Shown: positions 12,101 through 27,100 of the stretch, piece after piece
Layout: every line of letters begins with the position of its first letter
How positions within the stretch are numbered: the first letter of the stretch is position 1
Origin: Eledone cirrhosa
Taxonomy: Eukaryota
Length of the DNA stretch: 64,000 nt
Assembly (NCBI GenBank): GCA_964016885.1
Contig: CAXHJY010000184.1
Span: 310,001 to 374,000, forward strand
Direction: 5' to 3'
The notes under the pieces: model-generated
Databases searched by the model: none
The model's input: the letters and a program-made list of their open reading frames with translations, nothing else
Told to the model about the DNA's origin: nothing
Translations under genes and position numbers: made by a program

Positions 12101-15100
12101 TTTCCCAATCACTACAGGACTATAATCTTTCCCAGTCACTACAGGACTATAGTCTTTCCCAGTCACTACAGGACTATAGTCTTTCCCAATCACTACAGGA
12201 CTATAATCTTTCCCAGTCACTACAGGACTATAGTCTTTCCCAGTCACTACAGGACTATAGTCTTTCCCAATCACTACAGGACTATAGTCTTTCCCAATCA
12301 CTACAGGACTATAGTCTTTCCCAGTCACTACAGGACTATAGATTTTCCCAGTCACTACAGCACTATAGTCTTTCCCAGTCACTACAGGACTATAGTCTTT
12401 CCCAATCACTACAGGACTATAGTCTTTCCCAGTCACTACAGGACTATAGTCTTTCCCAGTCACTACAAGACTATAGTCTTTCCCAATCACTACAGGACTA
12501 TAGTCTTTCCCAATCACTACAGGACTATAGTCTTTCCCAATCACTACAAGACTATAGTCTTTCCCAGTCACTACAGGACTATAGTCTTTCCCAGTTACTA
12601 CAGGACTATAGTCTTTCCCAGTCACTACAGGACTATAGTCTTTTCCAGTCACTACAGGACTATAGTCTTTCCCAGTCACTACAGGACTATAGTCTTTCCC
12701 AGTCACTACAGGACTATAGTCTTTCCCAGTCACTACAGGGCTATAGTCTTTCCCAGTCACTACAGGACTATAGTCTTTCCCAATCACTACAGGACTATAT
12801 TCTTTCCCAGTCACTACAGGACTATAGTCTTTCCCAGTCACTACAGGACTATAGTCTTTCCCAGTTACTACAGGACTATAGTCTTTCCCAGTCACTACAG
12901 GACTATAGTCTTTCCCAATCACTACAGGACTATAGTCTTTCCCAGTCACTACAGGACTACATTCTTTCCCAGTCACTACAGGACTATAGTCTTTCCCAAT
13001 CACTACAGGACTATAGTCTTTCCCAGTCACTACAGGACTACATTCTTTCCCAGTCACTACAGGACTATAGTCTTTCCCAGTCACTACAGGACTATAGTCT
13101 TTCCCAGTCACTACAGGACTATAGTCTTTCCCAGTCACTACAGGACTATAGTCTTTCCCAATCACTACAGGACTATAGTCTTTCCCAGTCACTACAGGAC
13201 TACATTCTTTCCCAGTCACTACAGGACTATAGTCTTTCCCAATCACCACAGGACTATAGTCTTTCCCCGTCACTACAGGACTATAGTCTTTCCCAATCAC
13301 TACAGGACTATAGTCTTTCCCAGTCACTACAAGACTATAGTCTTTCCTAGTCACTACAAGACTATAGTCTTGCCCAGTCAGTCACTACAGGACTATAGTC
13401 TTTTCCAGTCACTACAGGACTATAGTCTTTCCAAGTCACTACAGGACTATAGTCTTTCCCAGTCACTACAGGACTATAGTCTTTCCCAGTCACTACAGGA
13501 CTATAGTCTTTCCCAGTCACTACAGGACTATAGTCTTTCCCAATCACTACAGGACTACATTCTTTCCCAGTCACTACAGGACTATAGTCTTTCCCAGTCA
13601 CTACAGGACTATAGTCTTTCCCAGTCACTACAGGACTATAGTCTTTCCCAGTCACTACAGGACTATAGTTTTTCCCAGTCACTACAGGACTATAGTCTTT
13701 CCCAATCACTACAGGACTATAGTCTTTCCCAATCACTACAGGACTATAGTCTTTCCCAGTCACTACAAGACTATAGTCTTTCCCAGTCACTACAGGACTA
13801 TAGTCTTTCCCAATCACTACAGGACTATAGTCTTTCCCAGTCACTACAGGACTATAGTCTTTCCCAGTCACTACAGGACTATAGTCTTTCCCAGTCACTA
13901 CAGGACTATAGTCTTTCCCAGTCACTACAGGACTATAGTCTTTCCCAGTCACTACAGGACTATAGTCTTTCCCAGTCACTACAGGACTATAGTCTTTCCC
14001 AGTCACTACAGGACTATAGTCTTTCCCAGTCACTACAGGACTATAGTCTTTCCCAGTCACTACAGGACTATAGTCTTTCCCAATCACTACAGGACTACAT
14101 TCTTTCCCAGTCACTACAGGACTATAGTCTTTCCCAGTCACTACAGGACTATAGTCTTTCCCAGTCACTACAGGACTATAGTCTTTCCCAGTCACTACAG
14201 GACTATAGTTTTTCCCAGTCACTACAGGACTATAGTCTTTCCCAATCACTACAGGACTATAGTCTTTCCCAATCACTACAGGACTATAGTCTTTCCCAGT
14301 CACTACAAGACTATAGTCTTTCCCAGTCACTACAGAACTATAGTCTTTCCCAGTCACTACAGGACTATAGTCTTTCCCAGTCACTACAGGACTATAGTCT
14401 TTCCCAGTCACTACAGAACTATAGTCTTTCCCAGTCACTACAGGACTATAGTCTTTCCCAGTCACTACAGGACTATAGTCTTTCCCAGTCACTACAGGAC
14501 TATAGTCTTTCCCAGTCACTACAGGACTATAGTATTTCCCAGTCACTACAGGACTATAGTCTTTCCCAGACAGGACTATAGTCTTTCCCAGTCACTACAG
14601 GGCTATAGTCTTTCCCAGTCACTACAGGACTACAGGCTTTCCCAGTCACTACAGGACTATAGTCTTTCCCAGTCACTACAGGACTATAGTCTTTCCCAGT
14701 CACTACAGGACTATAGTCTTTCCCAATCACTACAGGACTATAGTCTTTCCCAATCACTACAGGACTATAGTCTTTCCCAGTCACTGCAGGACTATAGTCT
14801 TTCCCAATCACTACAGGACTATAGTCTTTCCCAATCACTACAGGACTATAGTCTTTCCCAGTCACTACAAGACTATAGTCTTTCCCAATCACTACAGGAC
14901 TATAGTCTTTCCCAATCACTACAGGACTATAGTCTTTCCCAGTCACTACAGGACTATAGTCTTTCCCAGTCACTACAGGACTATAGTCTTTCCCAGTCAC
15001 TACAGGACTATAGTCTTTCCCAGTCACTACAGGACTACATTCTTTCCCAGTCACTACAGGACTATAGTCTTTCCCAGTCACTACAGGACTATAGTCTTTC

Positions 15101-18100
15101 CCAGTCACTACAGGACTATAGTCTTTCCCAGTCACTACAGGACTATAGTCTTTCCCAGTCACTACAGGACTATAGTCTTTCCCAGTCACTACAGGACTAT
15201 AGTCTTTCCCAATCACTACAGGACTATAGTCTTTCCCAGTCACTACAGGACTATAGTCTTTCCCAGTCACTACAGGACTATAGTCTTTCCCAGTCACTAC
15301 AGGACTATAGTCTTTCCCAGTCACTACAGGACTATAGTCTTTCCCAGTCACTACAGGACTATAGTCTTTCCCAGTCACTACAGGACTATAGTATTTCCCA
15401 GTCACTACAGGACTATAGTCTTTCCCAGTCACTACAGGACTATAGTCTTTCCCAGTCACTACAGGACTATAGTCTTTCCCAATCACTACAGGACTATAGT
15501 CTTTCCCAGTCACTACAGGACTATAGTCTTTCCCAGTCACTACAGAACTATAGTCTTTCCCAGTCACTACAGGACTATAGTCTTTCCCAATCACTACAGG
15601 TCTATAGACTTTCCCAGTCACTACAGAACTATAGTCTTTCCCAGTCACTACAGGACTATAGTCTTTCCCAGTCACTACAGGACTATAGTCTTTCCCAGTC
15701 ACTACAGGACTATAGTCTTTCCCAGTCACTACAGGACTATAGTATTTCCCAGTCACTACAGGACTATAGTCTTTCCCAGACAGGACTATAGTCTTTCCCA
15801 GTCACTACAGGGCTATAGTCTTTCCCAGTCACTACAGGACTACAGGCTTTCCCAGTCACTACAGGACTATAGTCTTTCCCAGTCACTACAGGACTATAGT
15901 CTTTCCCAGTCACTACAGGACTATAGTCTTTCCCAATCACTACAGGACTATAGTCTTTCCCAATCACTACAGGACTATAGTCTTTCCCAGTCACTGCAGG
16001 ACTATAGTCTTTCCCAATCACTACAGGACTATAGTCTTTCCCAATCACTACAGGACTATAGTCTTTCCCAGTCACTACAAGACTATAGTCTTTCCCAATC
16101 ACTACAGGACTATAGTCTTTCCCAATCACTACAGGACTATAGTCTTTCCCAGTCACTACAGGACTATAGTCTTTCCCAGTCACTACAGGACTATAGTCTT
16201 TCCCAGTCACTACAGGACTATAGTCTTTCCCAGTCACTACAGGACTACATTCTTTCCCAGTCACTACAGGACTATAGTCTTTCCCAGTCACTAGAGGACT
16301 ATAGTCTTTCCCAGTCACTACAGGACTATAGTCTTTCCCAGTCACTACAAGACTATAGTCTTTCCCAGTCACTACAGGACTATAGTCTTTCCCAATCACT
16401 AGAGGACTATAGTCTTTCCCAGTCACTACAGGACTATAGTCTTTCCCAGTCACTACAGGACTATAGTCTTTCCCAGTCACTACAGGACTATAGTATTTCC
16501 CAGTCACTACAGGACTATAGTCTTTCCCAGTCACTACAGGACTATAGTCTTTCCCAGTCACTACAGGACTATAGTCTTTCCCAATCACTACAGGACTATA
16601 GTCTTTCCCAGTCACTACAGGACTATAGTCTTTCCCAGTCACTACAGAACTATAGTCTTTCCCAGTCACTACAGGACTATAGTCTTTCCCAATCACTACA
16701 GGTCTATAGACTTTCCCAATCACTACAGGACTATAGACTTTCCCAGTCACTACAGGACTATGGTCTTTCCCAGTCACTACAGGACTATAGTCTTTCCCAG
16801 TCACTACAAGACTATAGTCTTTCCCAGTCACTACAGGATTATAGTCTTTCCCAATCACTACAGGACTATAGTCTTTCCCAGTCACTACAGGACTATAGTC
16901 TTTCCCAATCACTACAGGACTATAGTCTTTCCCAGTCACTACAGGACTATAGTCTTTCCCAGTCACTACAGAACTATAGTCTTTCCCAGTCACTACAGGA
17001 CTATAGTCTTTCCCAGTCACTACAAGACTATAGTCTTTCCCAATCACTACAGGACTATAGACTTTCCCAGTCACTACAGGACTATGGTCTTTCCCAGTCA
17101 CTACAGGACTATAGTCTTTCCCAGTCACTACAAGACTATAGTCTTTCCCAGTCACTACAGGATTATAGTCTTTCCCAATCACTACAGGACTATAGTCTTT
17201 CCCAGTCACTACAGGACTATAGTCTTTCCCAGTCACTACAGGACTATAGTCTTTCCCAATCACTACAGGACTATAATCTTTCCCAGTCACTACAGGACTA
17301 TAGTCTTTCCCAGTCACTACAGGACTATAGTCTTTCCCAATCACTACAGGACTATAGTCTTTCCCAATCACTACAGGACTATAGTCTTTCCCAGTCACTA
17401 CAGGACTATAGATTTTCCCAGTCACTACAGCACTATAGTCTTTCCCAGTCACTACAGGACTATAGTCTTTCCCAATCACTACAGGACTATAGTCTTTCCC
17501 AGTCACTACAGGACTATAGTCTTTCCCAGTCACTACAAGACTATAGTCTTTCCCAATCACTACAGGACTATAGTCTTTCCCAATCACTACAGGACTATAG
17601 TCTTTCCCAATCACTACAAGACTATAGTCTTTCCCAGTCACTACAGGACTATAGTCTTTCCCAGTTACTACAGGACTATAGTCTTTCCCAGTCACTACAG
17701 GACTATAGTCTTTTCCAGTCACTACAGGACTATAGTCTTTCCCAGTCACTACAGGACTATAGTCTTTCCCAGTCACTACAGGACTATAGTCTTTCCCAAT
17801 CACTACAGGACTATATTCTTTCCCAGTCACTACAGGACTATAGTCTTTCCCAGTCACTACAGGACTATAGTCTTTCCCAGTCACTACAGGACTATAGTCT
17901 TTCCCAGTCACTACAGGACTATAGTCTTTCCCAATCACTACAGGACTATAGTCTTTCCCAGTCACTACAGGACTACATTCTTTCCCAGTCACTACAGGAC
18001 TATAGTCTTTCCCAATCACTACAGGACTATAGTCTTTCCCAGTCACTACAGGACTACATTCTTTCCCAGTCACTACAGGACTATAGTCTTTCCCAGTCAC

Positions 18101-21100
18101 TACAGGACTATAGTCTTTCCCAGTCACTACAGGACTATAGTCTTTCCCAGTCACTACAGGACTATAGTCTTTCCCAATCACTACAGGACTATAGTCTTTC
18201 CCAGTCACTACAGGACTACATTCTTTCCCAGTCACTACAGGACTATAGTCTTTCCCAATCACCACAGGACTATAGTCTTTCCCCGTCACTACAGGACTAT
18301 AGTCTTTCCCAATCACTACAGGACTATAGTCTTTCCCAGTCACTACAAGACTATAGTCTTTCCTAGTCACTACAAGACTATAGTCTTGCCCAGTCAGTCA
18401 CTACAGGACTATAGTCTTTTCCAGTCACTACAGGACTATAGTCTTTCCAAGTCACTACAGGACTATAGTCTTTCCCAGTCACTACAGGACTATAGTCTTT
18501 CCCAGTCACTACAGGACTATAGTCTTTCCCAGTCACTACAGGACTATAGTCTTTCCCAATCACTACAGGACTACATTCTTTCCCAGTCACTACAGGACTA
18601 TAGTCTTTCCCAGTCACTACAGGACTATATTCTTTCCCAGTCACTACAGGACTATAGTCTTTCCCAGTCACTACAGGACTATAGTTTTTCCCAGTCACTA
18701 CAGGACTATAGTCTTTCCCAATCACTACAGGACTATAGTCTTTCCCAATCACTACAGGACTATAGTCTTTCCCAGTCACTACAAGACTATAGTGTTTCCC
18801 AGTCACTACAGGACTATAGTCTTTCCCAATCACTACAGGACTATAGTCTTTCCCAGTCACTACAGGACTATAGTCTTTCCCAGTCACTACAGGACTATAG
18901 TCTTTCCCAGTCACTACAGGACTATAGTCTTTCCCAGTCACTACAGGACTATAGTCTTTCCCAGTCACTACAGGACTATAGTCTTTCCCAGTCACTACAG
19001 GACTATAGTCTTTCCCAGTCACTACAGGACTATAGTCTTTCCCAGTCACTACAGGACTATAGTCTTTCCCAGTCACTACAGGACTATAGTCTTTCCCAAT
19101 CACTACAGGACTACATTCTTTCCCAGTCACTACAGGACTATAGTCTTTCCCAGTCACTACAGGACTATAGTCTTTCCCAGTCACTACAGGACTATAGTCT
19201 TTCCCAGTCACTACAGGGCTATAGTCTTTCCCAGTCACTACAGGACTATAGTCTTTCCCAATCACTACAGGACTATATTCTTTCCCAGTCACTACAGGAC
19301 TATAGTCTTTCCCAGTCACTACAGGACTATAGTCTTTCCCAGTCACTACAGGACTATAGTCTTTCCCAGTCACTACAGGACTATAGTCTTTCCCAATCAC
19401 TACAGGACTATAATCTTTCCCAGTCACTACAGGACTACATTCTTTCCCAGTCACTACAGGACTATAGTCTTTCCCAATCACTACAGGACTATAGTCTTTC
19501 CCAGTCACTACAGGACTACATTCTTTCCCAGTCACTACAGGACTATAGTCTTTCCCAGTCACTACAGGACTATAGTCTTTCCCAGTCACTACAGGACTAT
19601 AGTCTTTCCCAGTCACTACAGGACTATAGTCTTTCCCAATCACTACAGGACTATAGTCTTTCCCAGTCACTACAGGACTACATTCTTTCCCAGTCACTAC
19701 AGGACTATAGTCTTTCCCAATCACCACAGGACTATAGTCTTTCCCCGTCACTACAGGACTATAGTCTTTCCCAATCACTACAGGACTATAGTCTTTCCCA
19801 GTCACTACAAGACTATAGTCTTTCCTAGTCACTACAAGACTATAGTCTTGCCCAGTCAGTCACTACAGGACTATAGTCTTTTCCAGTCACTACAGGACTA
19901 TAGTCTTTCCAAGTCACTACAGGACTATAGTCTTTCCCAGTCACTACAGGACTATAGTCTTTCCCAGTCACTACAGGACTATAGTCTTTCCCAGTCACTA
20001 CAGGACTATAGTCTTTCCCAATCACTACAGGACTACATTCTTTCCCAGTCACTACAGGACTATAGTCTTTCCCAGTCACTACAGGACTATATTCTTTCCC
20101 AGTCACTACAGGACTATAGTCTTTCCCAGTCACTACAGGACTATAGTTTTTCCCAGTCACTACAGGACTATAGTCTTTCCCAATCACTACAGGACTATAG
20201 TCTTTCCCAATCACTACAGGACTATAGTCTTTCCCAGTCACTACAAGACTATAGTCTTTCCCAGTCACTACAGGACTATAGTCTTTCCCAATCACTACAG
20301 GACTATAGTCTTTCCCAGTCACTACAGGACTATAGTCTTTCCCAGTCACTACAGGACTATAGTCTTTCCCAGTCACTACAGGACTATAGTCTTTCCCAGT
20401 CACTACAGGACTATAGTCTTTCCCAGTCACTACAGGACTATAGTCTTTCCCAGTCACTACAGGACTATAGTCTTTCCCAGTCACTACAGGACTATAGTCT
20501 TTCCCAGTCACTACAGGACTATAGTCTTTCCCAGTCACTACAGGACTATAGTCTTTCCCAATCACTACAGGACTACATTCTTTCCCAGTCACTACAGGAC
20601 TATAGTCTTTCCCAGTCACTACAGGACTATAGTCTTTCCCAGTCACTACAGGACTATAGTCTTTCCCAGTCACTACAGGACTATAGTTTTTCCCAGTCAC
20701 TACAGGACTATAGTCTTTCCCAATCACTACAGGACTATAGTCTTTCCCAATCACTACAGGACTATAGTCTTTCCCAGTCACTACAAGACTATAGTCTTTC
20801 CCAGTCACTACAGGACTATAGTCTTTCCCAATCACTACAGGACTATAGTCTTTCCCAGTCACTACAGGACTATAGTCTTTCCCAGTCACTACAGGACTAT
20901 AGTCTTTCCCAGTCACTACAGGACTATAGTCTTTCCCAGTCACTACAGGACTACTTTCTTTCCCAGTCACTACAGGACTATAGTCTTTCCCAATCACTAC
21001 AGGACTATAGTCTTTCCCAGTCACTACAGGACTATAGTCTTTCCCAGTCACTACAGGACTATAGTCTTTCCCAATCACTACAGGACTATAGTCTTTCCCA

Positions 21101-24100
21101 GTCACTACAGGACTACATTCTTTCCCAGTCACTACAGGACTATAGTCTTTCCCAATCACCACAGGACTATAGTCTTTCCCAGTCACTACAGGACTATAGT
21201 CTTTCCCAATCACTACAGGACTATAGTCTTTCCCAGTCACTACAAGACTATAGTCTCCTAGTCACTACAAGACTATAGTCTTGCCCAGTCAGTCACTACA
21301 GGACTATAGTCTTTTCCAGTCACTACAGGACTATAGTCTTTCCCAGTCACTACAGGACTATAGTCTTTCCCAGTCACTACAGGACTATAGTCTTTCCCAG
21401 TCACTACAGGACTATAGTCTTTCCCAGTCACTACAGGACTATAGTCTTTCCCAATCACTACAGGACTACATTCTTTCCCAGTCACTACAGGACTATAGTC
21501 TTTCCCAGTCACTACAGGACTATAGTCTTTCCCAGTCACTACAGGACTATAGTCTTTCCCAATCACTACAGGACTATAGTCTTTCCCAATCACTACAGGA
21601 TTATAGTCTTTCCCAGTCACTACAAGACTATAGTCTTTCCCAGTCACTACAGGACTATAGTCTTTCCCAATCACTACAGGACTATAGTCTTTCCCAGTCA
21701 CTACAGGACTATAGTCTTTCCCAGTCACTACAGGACTATAGTCTTTCCCAGTCACTACAGGACTATAGTCTTTACCAGTCACTACAGGACTACATTCTTT
21801 CCCAGTCACTACAGGACTATAGTCTTTCCCAATCACTACAGGACTATAGTCTTTCCCAGTCACTACAGGACTATAGTCTTTCCCAGTCACTACAGGACTA
21901 CATTCTTTCCCAGTCACTACAGGACTATAGTCTTTCCCAATCACCACAGGACTATAGTCTTTCCCAGTCACTACAGGACTATAGTCTTTCCCAATCACTA
22001 CAGGACTATAGTCTTTCCCAGTCACTACAAGACTATAGTCTTTCCTAGTCACTACAAGACTATAGTCTTGCCCAGTCAGTCACTACAGGACTATAGTCTT
22101 TTCCAGTCACTACAGGACTATAGTCTTTCCCAGTCACTACAGGACTATAGTCTTTCCCAGTCACTACAGGACTATAGTCTTTCCCAGTCACTACAGGACT
22201 ATAGTCTTTCCCAGTCACTACAGGACTATAGTCTTTCCCAATCACTACAGGACTACATTCTTTCCCAGTCACTACAGGACTATAGTCTTTCCCAGTCACT
22301 ACAGGACTATAGTCTTTCCCAGTCACTACAGGACTATAGTCTTTCCCAGTCACTACAGGACTATAGTTTTTCCCAGTCACTACAGGACTATAGTCTTTCC
22401 CAATCACTACAGGACTATAATCTTTCCCAATCACTACAGGACTATAGTCTTTCCCAGTCACTACAAGACTATAGTCTTTCCCAGTCACTACAGGACTATA
22501 GTCTTTCCCAATCACTACAGGACTATAGTCTTTCCCAGTCACTACAGGACTATAGTCTTTCCCAGTCACTACAGGACTATAGTCTTTCCCAGTCACTACA
22601 GGACTATAGTCTTTCCCAGTCACTACAGGACTATAGTCTTTCCCAATCACTACAGGACTACATTCTTTCCCAGTCACTACAGGACTATAGTCTTTCCCAG
22701 TCACTACAGGACTATAGTCTTTCCCAGTCACTACAGGACTATAGTCTTTCCCAGTCACTACAGGACTATAGTTTTTCCCAGTCACTACAGGACTATAGTC
22801 TTTCCCAATCACTACAGGACTATAGTCTTTCCCAATCACTACAGGACTATAGTCTTTCCCAGTCACTACAAGACTATAGTCTTTCCCAGTCACTACAGGA
22901 CTATAGTCTTTCCCAATCACTACAGGACTATAGTCTTTCCCAGTCACTACAGGACTATAGTCTTTCCCAGTCACTACAGGACTATAGTCTTTCCCAGTCA
23001 CTACAGGACTATAGTCTTTCCCAGTCACTACAGGACTATAGTCTTTCCCAGTCACTACAGGACTATAGTCTTTCCCAGTCACTACAGGACTATAGTCTTT
23101 CCCAGTCACTACAGGACTATAGTCTTTCCCAGTCACTACAGGACTATAGTCTTTCCCAGTCACTACAGGTCTATAGTCTTTCCCAATCACTACAGGACTA
23201 CATTCTTTCCCTGTCACTACAGGACTATAGTCTTTCCCAGTCACTACAGGACTATAGTCTTTCCCAGTCACTACAGGACTATAGTCTTTCCCAGTCACTA
23301 CAGGACTATAGTTTTTCCCAGTCACTACAGGACTATAGTCTTTCCCAATCACTACAGGACTATAGTCTTTCTAACTCACTACAGGACTATAGTCTTTCCC
23401 AGTCACTACAGGACTATAGTCTTTCCCAGTCACTACAGGACTATAGTCTTTCCCAATCACTACAGGACTATAGTCTTTCCCAGTCACTACAAGACTATAG
23501 TCTTTCCCAGTCACTACAGGACTATAGTCTTTCCCAATCACTACAGGACTATAGTCTTTCCCAGTCACTACAGGACTATAGTCTTTCCCAGTCACTACAG
23601 GACTATAGTCTTTCCCAGTCACTACAGGACTACTTTCTTTCCCAGTCACTACAGGACTATAGTCTTTCCCAATCACTACAGGACTATAGTCTTTCCCAGT
23701 CACTACAGGACTATAGTCTTTCCCAGTCACTACAGGACTATAGTCTTTCCCAATCACTACAGGACTATAGTCTTTCCCAGTCACTACAGGACTACATTCT
23801 TTCCCAGTCACTACAGGACTATAGTCTTTCCCAATCACCACAGGACTATAGTCTTTCCCAGTCACTACAGGACTATAGTCTTTCCCAATCACTACAGGAC
23901 TATAGTCTTTCCCAGTCACTACAAGACTATAGTCTTTCCTAGTCACTACAAGACTATAGTCTTGCCCAGTCAGTCACTACAGGACTATAGTCTTTTCCAG
24001 TCACTACAGGACTATAGTCTTTCCCAGTCACTACAGGACTATAGTCTTTCCCAGTCACTACAGGACTATAGTCTTTCCCAGTCACTACAGGACTATAGTC

Positions 24101-27100
24101 TTTCCCAGTCACTACAGGACTATAGTCTTTCCCAATCACTACAGGACTACATTCTTTCCCAGTCACTACAGGACTATAGTCTTTCCCAGTCACTACAGGA
24201 CTATAGTCTTTCCCAGTCACTACAGGACTATAGTCTTTCCCAATCACTACAGGACTATAGTCTTTCCCAATCACTACAGGATTATAGTCTTTCCCAGTCA
24301 CTACAAGACTATAGTCTTTCCCAGTCACTACAGGACTATAGTCTTTCCCAATCACTACAGGACTATAGTCTTTCCCAGTCACTACAGGACTATAGTCTTT
24401 CCCAGTCACTACAGGACTATAGTCTTTCCCAATCACTACAGGACTATAGTCTTTCCCAGTCACTACAGGACTACATTCTTTCCCAGTCACTACAGGACTA
24501 TAGTCTTTCCCAATCACCACAGGACTATAGTCTTTCCCCGTCACTACAGGACTATAGTCTTTCCCAATCACTACAGGACTATAGTCTTTCCCAGTCACTA
24601 CAAGACTATAGTCTTTCCTAGTCACTACAAGACTATAGTCTTGCCCAGTCAGTCACTACAGGACTATAGTCTTTTCCAGTCACTACAGGACTATAGTCTT
24701 TCCAAGTCACTACAGGACTATAGTCTTTCCCAGTCACTACAGGACTATAGTCTTTCCCAGTCACTACAGGACTATAGTCTTTCCCAGTCACTACAGGACT
24801 ATAGTCTTTCCCAATCACTACAGGACTACATTCTTTCCCAGTCACTACAGGACTATAGTCTTTCCCAGTCACTACAGGACTATATTCTTTCCCAGTCACT
24901 ACAGGACTATAGTCTTTCCCAGTCACTACAGGACTATAGTTTTTCCCAGTCACTACAGGACTATAGTCTTTCCCAATCACTACAGGACTATAGTCTTTCC
25001 CAATCACTACAGGACTATAGTCTTTCCCAGTCACTACAAGACTATAGTCTTTCCCAGTCACTACAGGACTATAGTCTTTCCCAATCACTACAGGACTATA
25101 GTCTTTCCCAGTCACTACAGGACTATAGTCTTTCCCAGTCACTACAGGACTATAGTCTTTCCCAGTCACTACAGGACTATAGTCTTTCCCAGTCACTACA
25201 GGACTATAGTCTTTCCCAGTCACTACAGGACTATAGTCTTTCCCAGTCACTACAGGACTATAGTCTTTCCCAGTCACTACAGGACTATAGTCTTTCCCAG
25301 TCACTACAGGACTATAGTCTTTCCCAGTCACTACAGGACTATAGTCTTTCCCAATCACTACAGGACTACATTCTTTCCCAGTCACTACAGGACTATAGTC
25401 TTTCCCAGTCACTACAGGACTATAGTCTTTCCCAGTCACTACAGGACTATAGTCTTTCCCAGTCACTACAGGACTATAGTTTTGCCAGTCACTACAGGAC
25501 TATAGTCTTTCCCAATCACTACAGGACTATAGTCTTTCCCAATCACTACAGGACTATAGTCTTTCCCAGTCACTACAAGACTATAGTCTTTCCCAGTCAC
25601 TACAGGACTATAGTCTTTCCCAATCACTACAGGACTATAGTCTTTCCCAGTCACTACAGGACTATAGTCTTTCCCAGTCACTACAGGACTATAGTCTTTC
25701 CCAGTCACTACAGGACTATAGTCTTTCCCAGTCACTACAGGACTACTTTCTTTCCCAGTCACTACAGGACTATAGTCTTTCCCAATCACTACAGGACTAT
25801 AGTCTTTCCCAGTCACTACAGGACTATAGTCTTTCCCAGTCACTACAGGACTATAGTCTTTCCCAATCACTACAGGACTATAGTCTTTCCCAGTCACTAC
25901 AGGACTACATTCTTTCCCAGTCACTACAGGACTATAGTCTTTCCCAATCACCACAGGACTATAGTCTTTCCCAGTCACTACAGGACTATAGTCTTTCCCA
26001 ATCACTACAGGACTATAGTCTTTCCCAGTCACTACAAGACTATAGTCTTTCCTAGTCACTACAAGACTATAGTCTTGCCCAGTCAGTCACTACAGGACTA
26101 TAGTCTTTTCCAGTCACTACAGGACTATAGTCTTTCCCAGTCACTACAGGACTATAGTCTTTCCCAGTCACTACAGGACTATAGTCTTTCCCAGTCACTA
26201 CAGGACTATAGTCTTTCCCAGTCACTACAGGACTATAGTCTTTCCCAATCACTACAGGACTACATTCTTTCCCAGTCACTACAGGACTATAGTCTTTCCC
26301 AGTCACTACAGGACTATAGTCTTTCCCAGTCACTACAGGACTATAGTCTTTCCCAATCACTACAGGACTATAGTCTTTCCCAATCACTACAGGATTATAG
26401 TCTTTCCCAGTCACTACAAGACTATAGTCTTTCCCAGTCACTACAGGACTATAGTCTTTCCCAATCACTACAGGACTATAGTCTTTCCCAGTCACTACAG
26501 GACTATAGTCTTTCCCAGTCACTACAGGACTATAGTCTTTCCCAGTCACTACAGGACTATAGTCTTTACCAGTCACTACAGGACTACATTCTTTCCCAGT
26601 CACTACAGGACTATAGTCTTTCCCAATCACTACAGGACTATAGTCTTTCCCAGTCACTACAGGACTATAGTCTTTCCCAGTCACTACAGGACTACATTCT
26701 TTCCCAGTCACTACAGGACTATAGTCTTTCCCAATCACCACAGGACTATAGTCTTTCCCAGTCACTACAGGACTATAGTCTTTCCCAATCACTACAGGAC
26801 TATAGTCTTTCCCAGTCACTACAAGACTATAGTCTTTCCTAGTCACTACAAGACTATAGTCTTGCCCAGTCAGTCACTACAGGACTATAGTCTTTTCCAG
26901 TCACTACAGGACTATAGTCTTTCCCAGTCACTACAGGACTATAGTCTTTCCCAGTCACTACAGGACTATAGTCTTTCCCAGTCACTACAGGACTATAGTC
27001 TTTCCCAGTCACTACAGGACTATAGTCTTTCCCAATCACTACAGGACTACATTCTTTCCCAGTCACTACAGGACTATAGTCTTTCCCAGTCACTACAGGA

